Shown here in pieces: positions 10,066 through 20,146 of a stretch of DNA of 64,000 bases (its first letter is position 1; each line of letters begins with the position of its first letter). A program made the translations under genes and the position numbers. This stretch comes from an uncultured Acidobacteriota bacterium. Its GTDB lineage: Bacteria; Acidobacteriota; Terriglobia; Acidiferrales; UBA7541. The notes below the pieces were generated by a model. The model was not told where the DNA came from and ran no database searches. It saw nothing but the letters and a program-made list of their open reading frames with translations. The stretch lies in contig CAWBHT010000003.1 of NCBI GenBank assembly GCA_963788725.1, forward strand, positions 224,354 to 288,353, in the 5' to 3' direction.

Positions 10066-10272
10066 ACGAGTGTAATCAACGAGTTGAAACTGCTGGACAA
10101 GCTGTGCGTTTCTGCGGACTACTTTGCGAACAATTTCCAGGACTTTGAAATTGGGCAACAGAACCTGCACACCAACAGCGTTCCTTATGTTATCCCACGT
10201 CCTCGAGAAAATCCAAACGGTTGTAGGAATTCAAAACTTCGATGGCGTTCAATGGAGACCAGCGCCGTGTGT

Positions 10273-10494
10273 TTATCGCGGACGAGGGCGCAGAGGTGGA
10301 CGAGCGGTGAGCGAACGTGGGCGCATGCGGAAGCGCGGACCTAGTGGCGGCGGAACATTCCGAAGCATATCGCCGCAGCAGGGACATCGGCCGTCATCAC
10401 TGATCGGACCGGTGGCATCAGCGCGAAGCCAGTGGCCACGCGCATCACAGAACGCATTGATGCACTGAACGGTAAAGCCAGGCAAAAACTGCAT
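10273..10494 (-). CDS. Small Cys-rich putative zinc-ribbon protein (73 aa)
   Basis: GAGGA RBS upstream of ATG; CINAFC...RCPCCG cysteine pairs; Arg/Pro-rich tail. Confidence 0.55.
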   Translation of the reverse strand: MQFLPGFTVQCINAFCDARGHWLRADATGPISDDGRCPCCGDMLRNVPPPLGPRFRMRPRSLTARPPLRPRPR

Positions 10495-10854
10495 TCGATT
10501 TTCCTCAGTGGACCGGTCCGCAGATCAGGCACCGGGCGGCGCAATGATCACGGGTTCCCCTGCCGGTCGAAAACGCGAACGAATGACGCATTGTGGCTCG
10601 CGCTAGATGTGGTGTCAAGCGCAAATACCACTAGATGTAGGGGGTAGGTTGCGGAATGGGGGCTGGGTCTTCAGCCGTTCTTCCTCGGCCGCGGCCATAT
10701 CCGATCGGACGGCGCTCGAACCCGTTGTTGGCGGATTCGCTGCGCCGATCCGAGCAAGGGAACTGCGCACAGCCACGTTGAGCGAAGATAGAGCCAACGA
10801 GCCAAGATCAGTTCTGTGCAAGTTGCGCCGGAAAAGTCTGGCGTAGGGGGCGAA

Positions 10855-11718
10855 ATGGCGGATAGCACGCGTGGGGGAGTGAACTTCGGTGGCACAATGC
10901 CGTCGATGCCGAACTTTCGCGGCGCGGGATCGCGAATTCTTCGAATTGCGCTGGCGTTTGTAATTTTGCTGTTGTTGATGTGGAGCACCACCTCGATACC
11001 CACTGGAAACGTTGGCGTGTTGACCCTGTTCGGCCGCGTGACGGGCGAAACGCTGAACGAAGGAATTCACCTGATCAACCCATTGAAGTCGGTGCAAAAA
11101 CTTTCAGTGCAGACGCAATCGGTGAAAGAAAGCGCCAACGTGCCGTCCAACGAAGGACTGATCCTCGCGCTGGACACGTCTCTGCTGTTCCGGCTCGATA
11201 AAACGAAGGCGGCTTACGTTTTTCAGACCGTAGGAGACAACTACGCCGAGAAGATTGTCGAGCCAACGCTGCGCGCGGCCATCCGGGCCTCGACATCGGC
11301 GCACTCGGCGAATGCCCTGTACACCAACGCTCGCGAGCTCGTGCAGCAGCAAATCCAGGATGAGCTGACAACCCAGCTGGCTCCGCGCGGTGTCATCGTG
11401 GAAAACGTGCTGCTGCGCGACGTGCAGCTACCGGCGATGCTGAAAGGCTCGATTGAAGCGAAGCAGCAAGCCGAACAGGATGCACTACGGATGAGCTTCA
11501 TCCTTCAAAAGGAGAAGCAGGAAGCCGAGCGCAAGCGCATCGAGGCGCAAGGCATCGCGGATTTTCAGAAGATCGTAGCGCAGGGAATCAGCGCGCAATT
11601 ATTGGAGTGGAAGGGCATTGAAGCCACCGAGAAATTGGCGACAAGCACCAATTCGAAGGTGGTGATCATCGGAAACGCGAAGAATGGATTGCCACTGGTG
11701 CTGGAGCCGAGCAGATGA
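10855..11718 (+). CDS. Prohibitin/SPFH family protein
   Basis: TM anchor, GNVGVLTLFG, LNEGIHLINP, IEAKQQAEQ, EAERKRIEAQGIA. Confidence 0.92.
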   Translation: MADSTRGGVNFGGTMPSMPNFRGAGSRILRIALAFVILLLLMWSTTSIPTGNVGVLTLFGRVTGETLNEGIHLINPLKSVQKLSVQTQSVKESANVPSNEGLILALDTSLLFRLDKTKAAYVFQTVGDNYAEKIVEPTLRAAIRASTSAHSANALYTNARELVQQQIQDELTTQLAPRGVIVENVLLRDVQLPAMLKGSIEAKQQAEQDALRMSFILQKEKQEAERKRIEAQGIADFQKIVAQGISAQLLEWKGIEATEKLATSTNSKVVIIGNAKNGLPLVLEPSR

Positions 11719-11743
11719 GCCGGTAACGAAGAATTGCAGAGAA

Positions 11744-12343
11744 TTACGTGCGAGGCGAAGCAGCCGTCGGCTTCTTTTTCGCTTCAAGTTCCTGAACTCG
11801 GGTCTTCAGCGCATTGACTTCCTGCTGCTTCAGGTTAATTTGTTGCTGCTCATCGGCCAGCTTCGTCTGCCCGGCCCTGTCGTGCACGTAATCGGTATTG
11901 GAGTAGAAGGTGTCCTGATCCAGAGCAAGCTCGCGCTGCAAGAGATCGAGTTCCTTTGAGGCCTTGGCGACATCCTCTTTGGCCTTCGCGATTTCCGGGT
12001 CGTCCCCTTTTTTGACGTGCGCCGTGTCGGAGTCCGCGACCTGATCGGCAGCTTCGGTGGTAGCCACTGCGGATTGACTCGGCGGCTGCGTTTCCAGCTT
12101 CGGCGGAGCTCCGACGTTGACGCCTTCGGCGGATTTCGCCGTACTGCTCAGATCATCGTCAGTGATTACTTTCGATGGACGGGATGTCGGCTTGGAGCTG
12201 TTCTTATCCTGGCGCGCACGCCGCGCTGCGTCAGCGACGGATTGCGACTGCGGGTCCTGCGGCTGGGCCGAACTGGTGAGAACCCATAAGCCGCAAGCCA
12301 GCAAGGCTGCTAGAAATCGTGAAAATTTGCGGCATCCCATCAT
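11744..12343 (-). CDS. Exported hypothetical protein with coiled coil
   Basis: Signal peptide, SVADAARRAR...KVITDDDL motif, C-terminal coiled coil. Confidence 0.75.
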   Translation of the reverse strand: MMGCRKFSRFLAALLACGLWVLTSSAQPQDPQSQSVADAARRARQDKNSSKPTSRPSKVITDDDLSSTAKSAEGVNVGAPPKLETQPPSQSAVATTEAADQVADSDTAHVKKGDDPEIAKAKEDVAKASKELDLLQRELALDQDTFYSNTDYVHDRAGQTKLADEQQQINLKQQEVNALKTRVQELEAKKKPTAASPRT

Positions 12344-12533
12344 TTAATTCCCTGAAAATCGGGTCGACGACAAACTTTAGGATACGCCCCGGAGTCGAAG
12401 GAGAGCAAATAGCTAGCGGAGAACCCGTACGAATATGGCAACGTCTTGAGGACAGCGCGTGTGGGCAGAGTACCGTGTCGCTGAAAGGCGGAGACAGCAC
12501 ACCCTGCTAGGTTGCAGAGCATCCTATCGACAA

Positions 12534-13100
12534 ATGACCAAAGACAGAGCGCTAGCGAAGAAAATCCGTCTCTTTGTATTAGTAGCGGTTGGGGCGACGG
12601 CGTTCGCGTCCGGGAATTTGCTGACCGTGGCGCATGCACAAGAGCCCGCAACGCCAGCCACCGTGTCGGACTCAAAACCGGTGCCGAATGTAACCGATCA
12701 ACGAATAAACAAACCACACGCAAGCGAAGCACGCTCCTCGTCAACCGAACATCGCTGGGCTGACGAACACCCTTTTTGGGACAAGCCCAATGGCTGGCTG
12801 TTCACCGGGGTTGCTGCTTCACGTACGTTAGATTTTTTCTCGACCCTGAACATGCGCCGCCGCGGGCGCCAGGAAATTCTGCTCAGCAATGATGCGGTCG
12901 ACAATCATGCGGCATTTGCGGCGATTGAGGCTGCAGGCACCGGGGTCTCGATCGGGGCGTCGTATTTGTTCCATCGCAGCGGGCATCACAAACTGGAGCG
13001 CTGGGTATCCATCGTGCACATCGGAATGGCAACCACAGGGGCCGTCCGCAACTATTGTCTACAGACATTTCATGGCATACCCGCGCAAAACGTTCCGTAA
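12534..13100 (+). CDS. Hypothetical exported/membrane protein
   Basis: Signal-like N-terminus ending in AHA-Q; HPFWDKPN...LDFFST...QEILL followed by hydrophobic helices. Start uncertain. Confidence 0.65.
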   Translation: MTKDRALAKKIRLFVLVAVGATAFASGNLLTVAHAQEPATPATVSDSKPVPNVTDQRINKPHASEARSSSTEHRWADEHPFWDKPNGWLFTGVAASRTLDFFSTLNMRRRGRQEILLSNDAVDNHAAFAAIEAAGTGVSIGASYLFHRSGHHKLERWVSIVHIGMATTGAVRNYCLQTFHGIPAQNVP

Positions 13101-13223
13101 AGCCGCCGGAACTGAATCTGTCTGCGCATCCTCGATGATTTTGAATGCGCTAGTTGCAGTAAGAGGCACTCAGGCTCATACTTCCGGGCCCAGAGCCGAT
13201 CCCGCGACCGCGCTCACTAGATA

Positions 13224-14645
13224 ATGTCAATTAATTCCGCAAAATTTGCGCCGCTGAGACTTCTGACGTTGCTGTTGCTCGTCTCGGAGTGCGCACCAAC
13301 GTCTTTGGCTGCATCACGCTCCATCGATCCCCACGGTCAAGCTGACAAGTTGCAGAATTATTCAGCCCAGCAGACTCCGACGCAATCGGCCGTTCCCGGC
13401 TCGACAGAAAAACCGCAACAGCCGCCAAACACGCCGCGCACGGAACAGTACACCCTCTCGCAGGACCGCTATCAGAAAGCCGTCGCGTATTCGCGCGCAG
13501 AGTACATCCTGTGGTTCCTGTCTTATGCTATCGGCATCGCTGCGCTGATCTTGTTTTTGCGGTTTGGAATCAGCACGCGGCTGCGTGATATCGCGGAGCG
13601 AGCCAGCGGCAATCGATGGCTGCAAGGTTTGATTTTCGTTCCGCTGCTGATTCTCGCGCTGGATGTTTTTGATCTGCCGACCAGAATTTATGGACATGTG
13701 CTTTCGCTGCGATACGAGCAATCGATTCAGGGCTGGGGATCCTGGCTGCTGGATTGGCTCAAAGGAGAGGCGCTCGGCGCAGCTTTCGCGACCGTGCTCG
13801 TACTCATTTTGTACCGCGTGATGCGCTGGAGTCCGAGGCGGTGGTGGGTCTATTTCTGGATCGCGACGCTTCCGATCATCATTATCGTAATCTTCCTTCA
13901 GCCGCTGGTAATCGACCCGCTTTTTAACAAATTTGAGCCGCTGCAAAACAAGTATGCGGCGCTTGCCGGCGCCATGGAGAAGGTGATCCATCGTGCCGGC
14001 CTGGACATCCCACGCGAGCGGATGTTTCTGATGTACGCCAGCGCGAAAACCAATCAGGTAAACGCCTACGTGACCGGGTTCGGCGCATCGAAACGCGTAG
14101 TTGTATGGGACACCACCATTCAGAAAATGACGCCGGACGAAACGGTGTTCATTTTTGGGCATGAAGCAGGCCACTACGTTCTGAATCACATTCAGCAAGG
14201 GTTTGTGTTTTTCTCGGCCTTATCTCTCGCGGCTCTGTACATCGGTTATCGCGGACTTCACTGGGCGCTTTCGCGTTGGAGTTCGCGCTGGCAGCTCTAT
14301 GGAGTGGAGGACTGGGCATCATTGACGGTGATGCTGCTGCTCCTGCAGGTCATGGTTTTTTTGTGCTTGCCCATTCAGAACGGTTTCACTCGCGCGCAGG
14401 AGCATGCCGCCGACATTTACGGATTAGAAGTGATTCATGGCATCGTCCCGAACTCGGAAGACGTAGCCGCACACTCATTTCAAGTTCTGGGAGAAATTGA
14501 CCTGGCGGATCCCAATCCACCCGCTCTGATTACATTCTGGCTTTATTCGCACCCGCCGCTGGCAGACCGGCTGGTGTTTGCGCACACCTACGACCCATGG
14601 TCGAAGGGTCAGCCGCCGAAGTACGTAAAATCGCCGCCTGAATAG
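13224..14645 (+). CDS. M48 family (Ste24-like) membrane metallopeptidase
   Basis: Multi-TM protein; NAYVTGFGASKRVVVWDT, HEAGH, EHAADIYG, SHPPLADRL. Confidence 0.92.
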   Translation: MSINSAKFAPLRLLTLLLLVSECAPTSLAASRSIDPHGQADKLQNYSAQQTPTQSAVPGSTEKPQQPPNTPRTEQYTLSQDRYQKAVAYSRAEYILWFLSYAIGIAALILFLRFGISTRLRDIAERASGNRWLQGLIFVPLLILALDVFDLPTRIYGHVLSLRYEQSIQGWGSWLLDWLKGEALGAAFATVLVLILYRVMRWSPRRWWVYFWIATLPIIIIVIFLQPLVIDPLFNKFEPLQNKYAALAGAMEKVIHRAGLDIPRERMFLMYASAKTNQVNAYVTGFGASKRVVVWDTTIQKMTPDETVFIFGHEAGHYVLNHIQQGFVFFSALSLAALYIGYRGLHWALSRWSSRWQLYGVEDWASLTVMLLLLQVMVFLCLPIQNGFTRAQEHAADIYGLEVIHGIVPNSEDVAAHSFQVLGEIDLADPNPPALITFWLYSHPPLADRLVFAHTYDPWSKGQPPKYVKSPPE

Positions 14646-14660
14646 ACGGACTTTCGTTTT

Positions 14661-15287
14661 TTAGGATCCAGCCTTAGCTGCCAGTGAACGAGGTGCGCGA
14701 CCCGCGAAGCTGGCTACTTTGTGGCGATTGCCGCAGACCGCCATGGAGCACCAGCGACGGCGATGCGTGCGCGACGTATCGCAAAAGAGCAGCCCGCAGA
14801 AAGGATTGGCGCAGGCCGACAGCCGAGCGGAAGCGCCTTCGGTCACAATCTCCGCGGCCGAGCGGGCAATGGCAGCGAGCAGCCACTCCAGCCCACCTTC
14901 CCGGGCGATAAATTCGAGCTTCCAGGAGTCTCCGCGTCGTATTAGCTGATCGTGCCCTTCCGTGATGCGCAGAATTTGATTGACGGGCTGCGCCCATTCT
15001 GCGGCGATCGGGCCCTCCCGAACCAGTGCGCCAAACATTTGACGCAGAGCATCACGAAGACGAGTAGCCGTTGCGAGCAGGACGCCCGCCGTATGGGGAT
15101 CCGATTGTGGAAGGGAGAGCAATGCTGCGCTACGCTCCTGCGACACGATCCGAGAAGCCTCAAGGAACGAGATCAGTTGCTCCCACGAAAACTGTCGGCT
15201 TGGAGCGCCTGGATAAGAAGGGGCGTTAGCGAAATCGACAGCCAACCGGCCTCCGAACATCATCACAACAGCTTCGGATTGAATCAT
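14661..15287 (-). CDS. ABATE/CGNR zinc-finger protein
   Basis: GGRLAVDFAN N-terminus; CANPFC...DTSRTHRRRWCSMAVCGNRHK. Confidence 0.92.
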   Translation of the reverse strand: MIQSEAVVMMFGGRLAVDFANAPSYPGAPSRQFSWEQLISFLEASRIVSQERSAALLSLPQSDPHTAGVLLATATRLRDALRQMFGALVREGPIAAEWAQPVNQILRITEGHDQLIRRGDSWKLEFIAREGGLEWLLAAIARSAAEIVTEGASARLSACANPFCGLLFCDTSRTHRRRWCSMAVCGNRHKVASFAGRAPRSLAAKAGS

Positions 15288-15506
15288 TTAGAACCTCCAC
15301 ACTCGAGCAACCTTTATGACCAGGAACAGCAGTTAGTTATAACAATAACCGGTTAGTTCTACAATATCGGTTAGTACTTCAGATCCTGAACTAATGGATC
15401 GTTGCGAGCCCCAGGCCATTGGCCAGCCTGAGCAACCTAGCTCCGCGATCTCTTGCGCTGGCTGTGTTATCTTGGCGCTCGGTTTCCAGCCGCCATAACC
15501 AAACTC

Positions 15507-16461
15507 ATGTCTGATTCCCCTCTACCGCACTTCGATCAGCCAGCAACAGTGAGTTTCTTTCGAAAGCCAGGGCTGCCGTTCGTGTTTGTGCGCCTCTGCA
15601 TGTATCTGATCCTCGGTGAGGGCGCCGCTTATGTACTTCGTCCGGTGTTGCGCTCCTACTTGAGTCGCGGTTTCAACCAAACCTCGCCGCAAGTCATTTT
15701 CCTGGCTGAATTTCTCGCGCTGCTTGGGGCACTCTTCGCGGCATTTGTTCTGTCGCGCCTGGAGCGAAGAGGTTTTGGCGAGTACGGCCTAAGCCTTGCG
15801 CGAAACTCCGCGAAGCACTGCCTGCAAGGCGCTGCTTTTGGTATCGCTGAAATCAGCTTGGTGCTAGCCGCGCTTGCCGCAATGGGATGTTACCGGTTCG
15901 GATCGCTGGCCCTGCACGGCAAGGCGATCGTCAGCTGGGCACTCGTGTGGGCTGTCGTGTTTATCGCCGTCGGGCTTTACGAAGAATTCGCATTTCCGTG
16001 GATACGTGCAATTCACACTGGCCCAAGCGATCGGATTCTGGCCAGCAGCTGTTGCGCTATCTGTCCTGTTTGGCGCGGTCCATTGGGCGAATCCGGGCGA
16101 AACTCCTGCCGGGATCGTGGGAGTAATTTTGAGCGGTGTGTTTTGGTGTTTCACGCTACACCGCACCGGCACGTTGTGGTTTGCCATTGGCATGCACGCA
16201 AGCTTTGATTTCGGAGAGACTTTTCTGTATTCCGTGCCGGACAGCGGCGCGATTTTTCCGGGCCATCTCTCGGGCGCCATGCTGTCAGGCCCAACTTGGC
16301 TCACCGGCGGGAGCGCCGGGCCAGAAGCCAGCGTGTTCGATTTTTTCGTGATCCTGTCATTCTTTTACATTTTCCATCGGCTGTGTCCACCCATCACCGA
16401 ACTAGATCGACAGCACGTGGAGCGATTTAGCCAGACGAAGTCCTCAGTGGACCAGGTCTGA
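15507..16461 (+). CDS. CPBP (CAAX/Abi) intramembrane protease, frameshifted at ~15996
   Basis: EEFAF|RGY motif is split by one extra base in TTTCC; downstream frame has FGAVH, GTLWFAIGMHASFD and GGSAGPEAS. Confidence 0.85.
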
Positions 16462-17550
16462 CGCAAAGACTAACTGCACGCCCACAGTGTTTGCCCGCGG
16501 CAAAATCTCTTTAAGGGCCGCCAGGGTTGCGCCGTGTGGGTGGCCGATGGCTATTGCTTCCCCATTCTGCTTCGCGTCTTGGAGTGCCACTTCGAGCTGC
16601 TTGCGTACCGCGGAGGTCTCAGGGACGTCGTCCAAAAATGGCACGTTGCGTGAAGCACAGCGGACGCCTGCGTGGCGCGCAGCTTCATACGCAACCGTTT
16701 TCTTGGTGGTACGACTGTCGATGTAAAAGAGCTCCCGCTCGCGCAAAATAGGCATGAGCGCATCCATCAGCGCCACGTCCGCAGTGGATTGCGAACCCTG
16801 ATGGTTGTTGACTCCTGTGACGTCAGGCACAGCACGGAGAAATTCATTTACAAGTGTGGCCACATCATCTGGACGCATACCGGGGCGCAATTCCTGCGGT
16901 TCGGGCTTGGCGTCATGCAAGGATTGCATCGGCAGGTGCAACATCACCTGATAGCCGCGCCGGTGAGCTTCTTCCGCGATATCCACGGAATGGGAACGAT
17001 TGGGTAACACGGAGATCGTTAACGCATAGGGCAGAGCAAATATCCTCTCGGCCGCCGCGCGATCGGTGCCTAAATCATCCAGTATGATTGCGAGACGTGG
17101 TCCGGATCGCCTCTCTATCGAGGATTTCTGCGGCGGCTGGCTTGTTGAAGAATGGATGTGCACGAACTGCGTGACGTAACCGCGTCGGCTGTAGGAGAAA
17201 AGAATTCCTTCGCGACTTTCCAGAGAGTTCTGCGTAAGTCCATGACTGGTAGCAACCCTGCCTAGCGATTGAAGCAAACCCGAGATCGCCGGTTTATAAG
17301 CACTTTCTGATGGGAGGTAGATACGAATGTTCAGGTCGTCGCTACTTGTCTGATCCTGATCAGACGCAGTCAACTTCATTTCAACATCCAGCTTTATACC
17401 GTCGGGTACGCCCATCGACGCGGCTCGCGCGAGTTCCTCAGTAGCCGTGTGAATTTCCGCAGCGGGCGGACGCTCCCGAGTTTTCCGGCAGCCGCCCGAA
17501 ATCAGGGCTATCGCTAACGTCAACACTAACGTTGATGTTAACATCCTCAC
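16444..17550 (-). CDS. Divergent polysaccharide deacetylase family (YibQ-like) lipoprotein
   Basis: ISGGC lipobox; LAIILDDLG, MLHLPMQ, GVNNHQGS, YIDSRT, FLDD, AIAIGHP. Confidence 0.9.
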   Translation of the reverse strand: MRMLTSTLVLTLAIALISGGCRKTRERPPAAEIHTATEELARAASMGVPDGIKLDVEMKLTASDQDQTSSDDLNIRIYLPSESAYKPAISGLLQSLGRVATSHGLTQNSLESREGILFSYSRRGYVTQFVHIHSSTSQPPQKSSIERRSGPRLAIILDDLGTDRAAAERIFALPYALTISVLPNRSHSVDIAEEAHRRGYQVMLHLPMQSLHDAKPEPQELRPGMRPDDVATLVNEFLRAVPDVTGVNNHQGSQSTADVALMDALMPILRERELFYIDSRTTKKTVAYEAARHAGVRCASRNVPFLDDVPETSAVRKQLEVALQDAKQNGEAIAIGHPHGATLAALKEILPRANTVGVQLVFASDLVH

Positions 17551-17624
17551 AAAAATATGCGAATCTGTTTCGGTCGATTGGCGTGGAAGGTAGTGCCGTT
17601 TGTTGCCTGCCCAAGCACCCGCGG

Positions 17625-18866
17625 CTAGGCCGCTTTCTTGTTGGAACTCTTCAGCAGATCCAGAGCTTTGCGGAAAATCGGATCTTCTGGCGACAGGGGA
17701 CGCGGTCCCGTGGGCGCCACTTTCGCGGGAGTGCTCTTGCGATCGTCCTCGTCTGCATCGCTGTCATCGTCAACCGCTCCTGCGCGCACCACTTCCGTCG
17801 GCTCGACGCCATCATCCAGGATCGGCTTGCCCGCCGGATTGTAGTAGTTCGCGACGGTGAGGAATAAAGCCGCTCCATCATCCATGGTGATTAATTTCTG
17901 TTCAGAAGCGAGACCGAAGCTCCGCTCACCTACCACGTCTCCGCGCTTATTAATGACCATCGCCGATGCCAGCACTTCGGGCGCTCCCGAGGTGGTGCCG
18001 TCGATCAGCACCGACACCGGCCCTTTCCATACCACTTTGCTCGGCTCGGCGGCGAATGTCTGAGAGGAGACCGTCTGCCCGCGCAAAGTCGCAATATTAC
18101 CGGAGGGTATAAACAGCCGTGCGACGGCCACAGCTTCGCTCACAGGTCCACGGCCGCACGCGCGCAAATCCAGAACCACTTTGTGAATCCCCTGTTTTTC
18201 TGCTTCCTGGAGCTTGCTCCGGAGTTCCTCGGCGCGTCCAGTATCCAGCGAAGGGATGCGAAGGGCCAGAATATCCGGATCATTCTTCTGCACAACCGTC
18301 TTGGCCGGCACTAACTTTTCACGGACCAGATCCACCGACTCCGGTTCGGCTTTCCCGCGGCGAATCACACCGACCTTCACTCCGCTACCTACCTGCCCGT
18401 TCAGCAGATTCAATGCTTGCCCTACAGACATATCGCGCGTGGTGAAACCGGCGATCGATTCAAAGATGTCACCGCTGTGAATACCAGCTTTGTCGGCGGA
18501 GCTTTCAGGAAGAACCGAAATTACAATCACGTAACCAAAACGCTTGCTCAGCGTCAGACCGGTTTCCCCGGTGCCAGAGCTCTGCTGCTTTTGTTTGAAC
18601 TCTGTATATTCACGCGGCGTCAGGTAGCTGGATTGCGGATCCAGCGATTCTAGCAGCCCATGCAGCGAGCCCGCCGTCACCAGCCGCATGTTCGGCTCAT
18701 CGACGTAGTCGGACTGAATTCTTTGGAGCACTTCACCGTAAACAGACAGGGACTTGTAAGCGCGGTCGTCCGGCGTGCGGCCCAAAACATGGCCGATGCC
18801 GGCGTAACAGAAGATAACTACCGACAGGGAGAGTATGCCAATTCGCGCCGCTCGATTCATGGTCAC
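17625..18866 (-). CDS. S41/CtpA-like PDZ protease homolog, probably catalytically inactive
   Basis: DYVDEP, LDPQSSYL, PDZ, VLDLR, GPVSVLID, VVGERSFG, YYNPAG..GVEP; catalytic motifs read TSGAPE and SFGLA. Confidence 0.88.
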   Translation of the reverse strand: MTMNRAARIGILSLSVVIFCYAGIGHVLGRTPDDRAYKSLSVYGEVLQRIQSDYVDEPNMRLVTAGSLHGLLESLDPQSSYLTPREYTEFKQKQQSSGTGETGLTLSKRFGYVIVISVLPESSADKAGIHSGDIFESIAGFTTRDMSVGQALNLLNGQVGSGVKVGVIRRGKAEPESVDLVREKLVPAKTVVQKNDPDILALRIPSLDTGRAEELRSKLQEAEKQGIHKVVLDLRACGRGPVSEAVAVARLFIPSGNIATLRGQTVSSQTFAAEPSKVVWKGPVSVLIDGTTSGAPEVLASAMVINKRGDVVGERSFGLASEQKLITMDDGAALFLTVANYYNPAGKPILDDGVEPTEVVRAGAVDDDSDADEDDRKSTPAKVAPTGPRPLSPEDPIFRKALDLLKSSNKKAA

Positions 18867-19166
18867 CTGCCCGACTGATCGTTGGAAAGCCAGTATAACA
18901 TCGCAAAGCTATGGGACGCGGCAGGAAAGCGAAAGGAAGCCTGGGATCCGCCGGTAACCGTGCAGCGGAGCCCCGGACCAAAATGGGAATCGCTCAGCCG
19001 CGTGCGGCTAGAACACACATCCCGAAAAAGACACGCGGAGCCAACTACTTGTTGTATGTTTGCCACACCAACAGACACGAAAGCCTATGCCTTGTTCACA
19101 AGTCATTGAAACTAAGGTACAAACAAGCGTACGTGTGGATGACAAAGTGCTACCATTGAAAAGCAC

Positions 19167-20075
19167 ATGTTTCAGACCACCATCGTCCGATCTGCGTCCG
19201 CGGAAGGCGTAGGCCTGCACACGGGCGTCTTTGGACACATTCATCTGGTGCCCGCCCCTGCCGACACGGGGATCGTTTTTCGTCGCATCGACTTGGACAA
19301 TTTCAAGATCGAGGCGCAAGGCCACAACGTTGCGCGGGTCAGCTATGCGACGAGCCTGATGAAGCAAGGCGTGCTGCTTTCCACGACCGAACACCTGCTA
19401 GCCGCAATCTATTCCTGCGAAATCGACAACGTCTTCATCGACATCGATTCTATAGAGGTGCCGATCCTGGACGGCTCCGCCGAGCCATTCATGCAGATGT
19501 TGGGGCACGCCGGCGTCCGCCGACTGCGCCGTAAGAGGCGCTATCTTAAGGTTTTACGTCCGCTTGAGGTAACTGAAGGCGATCGGCGCATTGGAATTTA
19601 CCCGGCCGACGAATTCCACGTCCGCTGCTATGTCGATTTCCCGCATCCCTTGGTCGGACAGCAAGAAATTGAAATGGCGGTCAGCCCTTCAACGTTCCGT
19701 CATTTATTGGCTCGCGCCCGCACTTTTTGCTTCGAGCGCGACATTGAGCCGCTGCGTTCGATGGGGTTGATTCGCGGTGGGTCGCTGGAAAACGCCATCG
19801 TTCTTACCAACGACAGCGTCATGAATGGTCCCCTGCGCTTTCCAGACGAATTTGGCCGCCACAAAGCTCTAGACCTGATCGGCGATTTGGCCCTGGTTGG
19901 ACTGCCCTTACTCGCCCGAGTCGAGGCTCACAAAGCCGGCCACGCACTGCACACCCAATTGGTCAGTCGCCTGCTTGCCGAACCATCCCTGTGGACCATC
20001 ACCACAGGCGACTCAGCAACGATCGATCTGGATACCGCGACAAAAGGTTTGGTTACCGCCCCCGCCGCTGATTAA
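19167..20075 (+). CDS. lpxC: UDP-3-O-acyl-GlcNAc deacetylase
   Basis: GVGLHTG, TTEHLLAA, EVPILDGSA, ARTFCF, GGSLENA, RHKALDLIGD, KAGHALH. Confidence 0.97.
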   Translation: MFQTTIVRSASAEGVGLHTGVFGHIHLVPAPADTGIVFRRIDLDNFKIEAQGHNVARVSYATSLMKQGVLLSTTEHLLAAIYSCEIDNVFIDIDSIEVPILDGSAEPFMQMLGHAGVRRLRRKRRYLKVLRPLEVTEGDRRIGIYPADEFHVRCYVDFPHPLVGQQEIEMAVSPSTFRHLLARARTFCFERDIEPLRSMGLIRGGSLENAIVLTNDSVMNGPLRFPDEFGRHKALDLIGDLALVGLPLLARVEAHKAGHALHTQLVSRLLAEPSLWTITTGDSATIDLDTATKGLVTAPAAD

Positions 20076-20146
20076 GCCTTTCGAACCGCACGAAAATTCC
20101 CTACTTGGCGAATCATCAGGCCTCCCGCAGAATTGGTCGCATAGCC

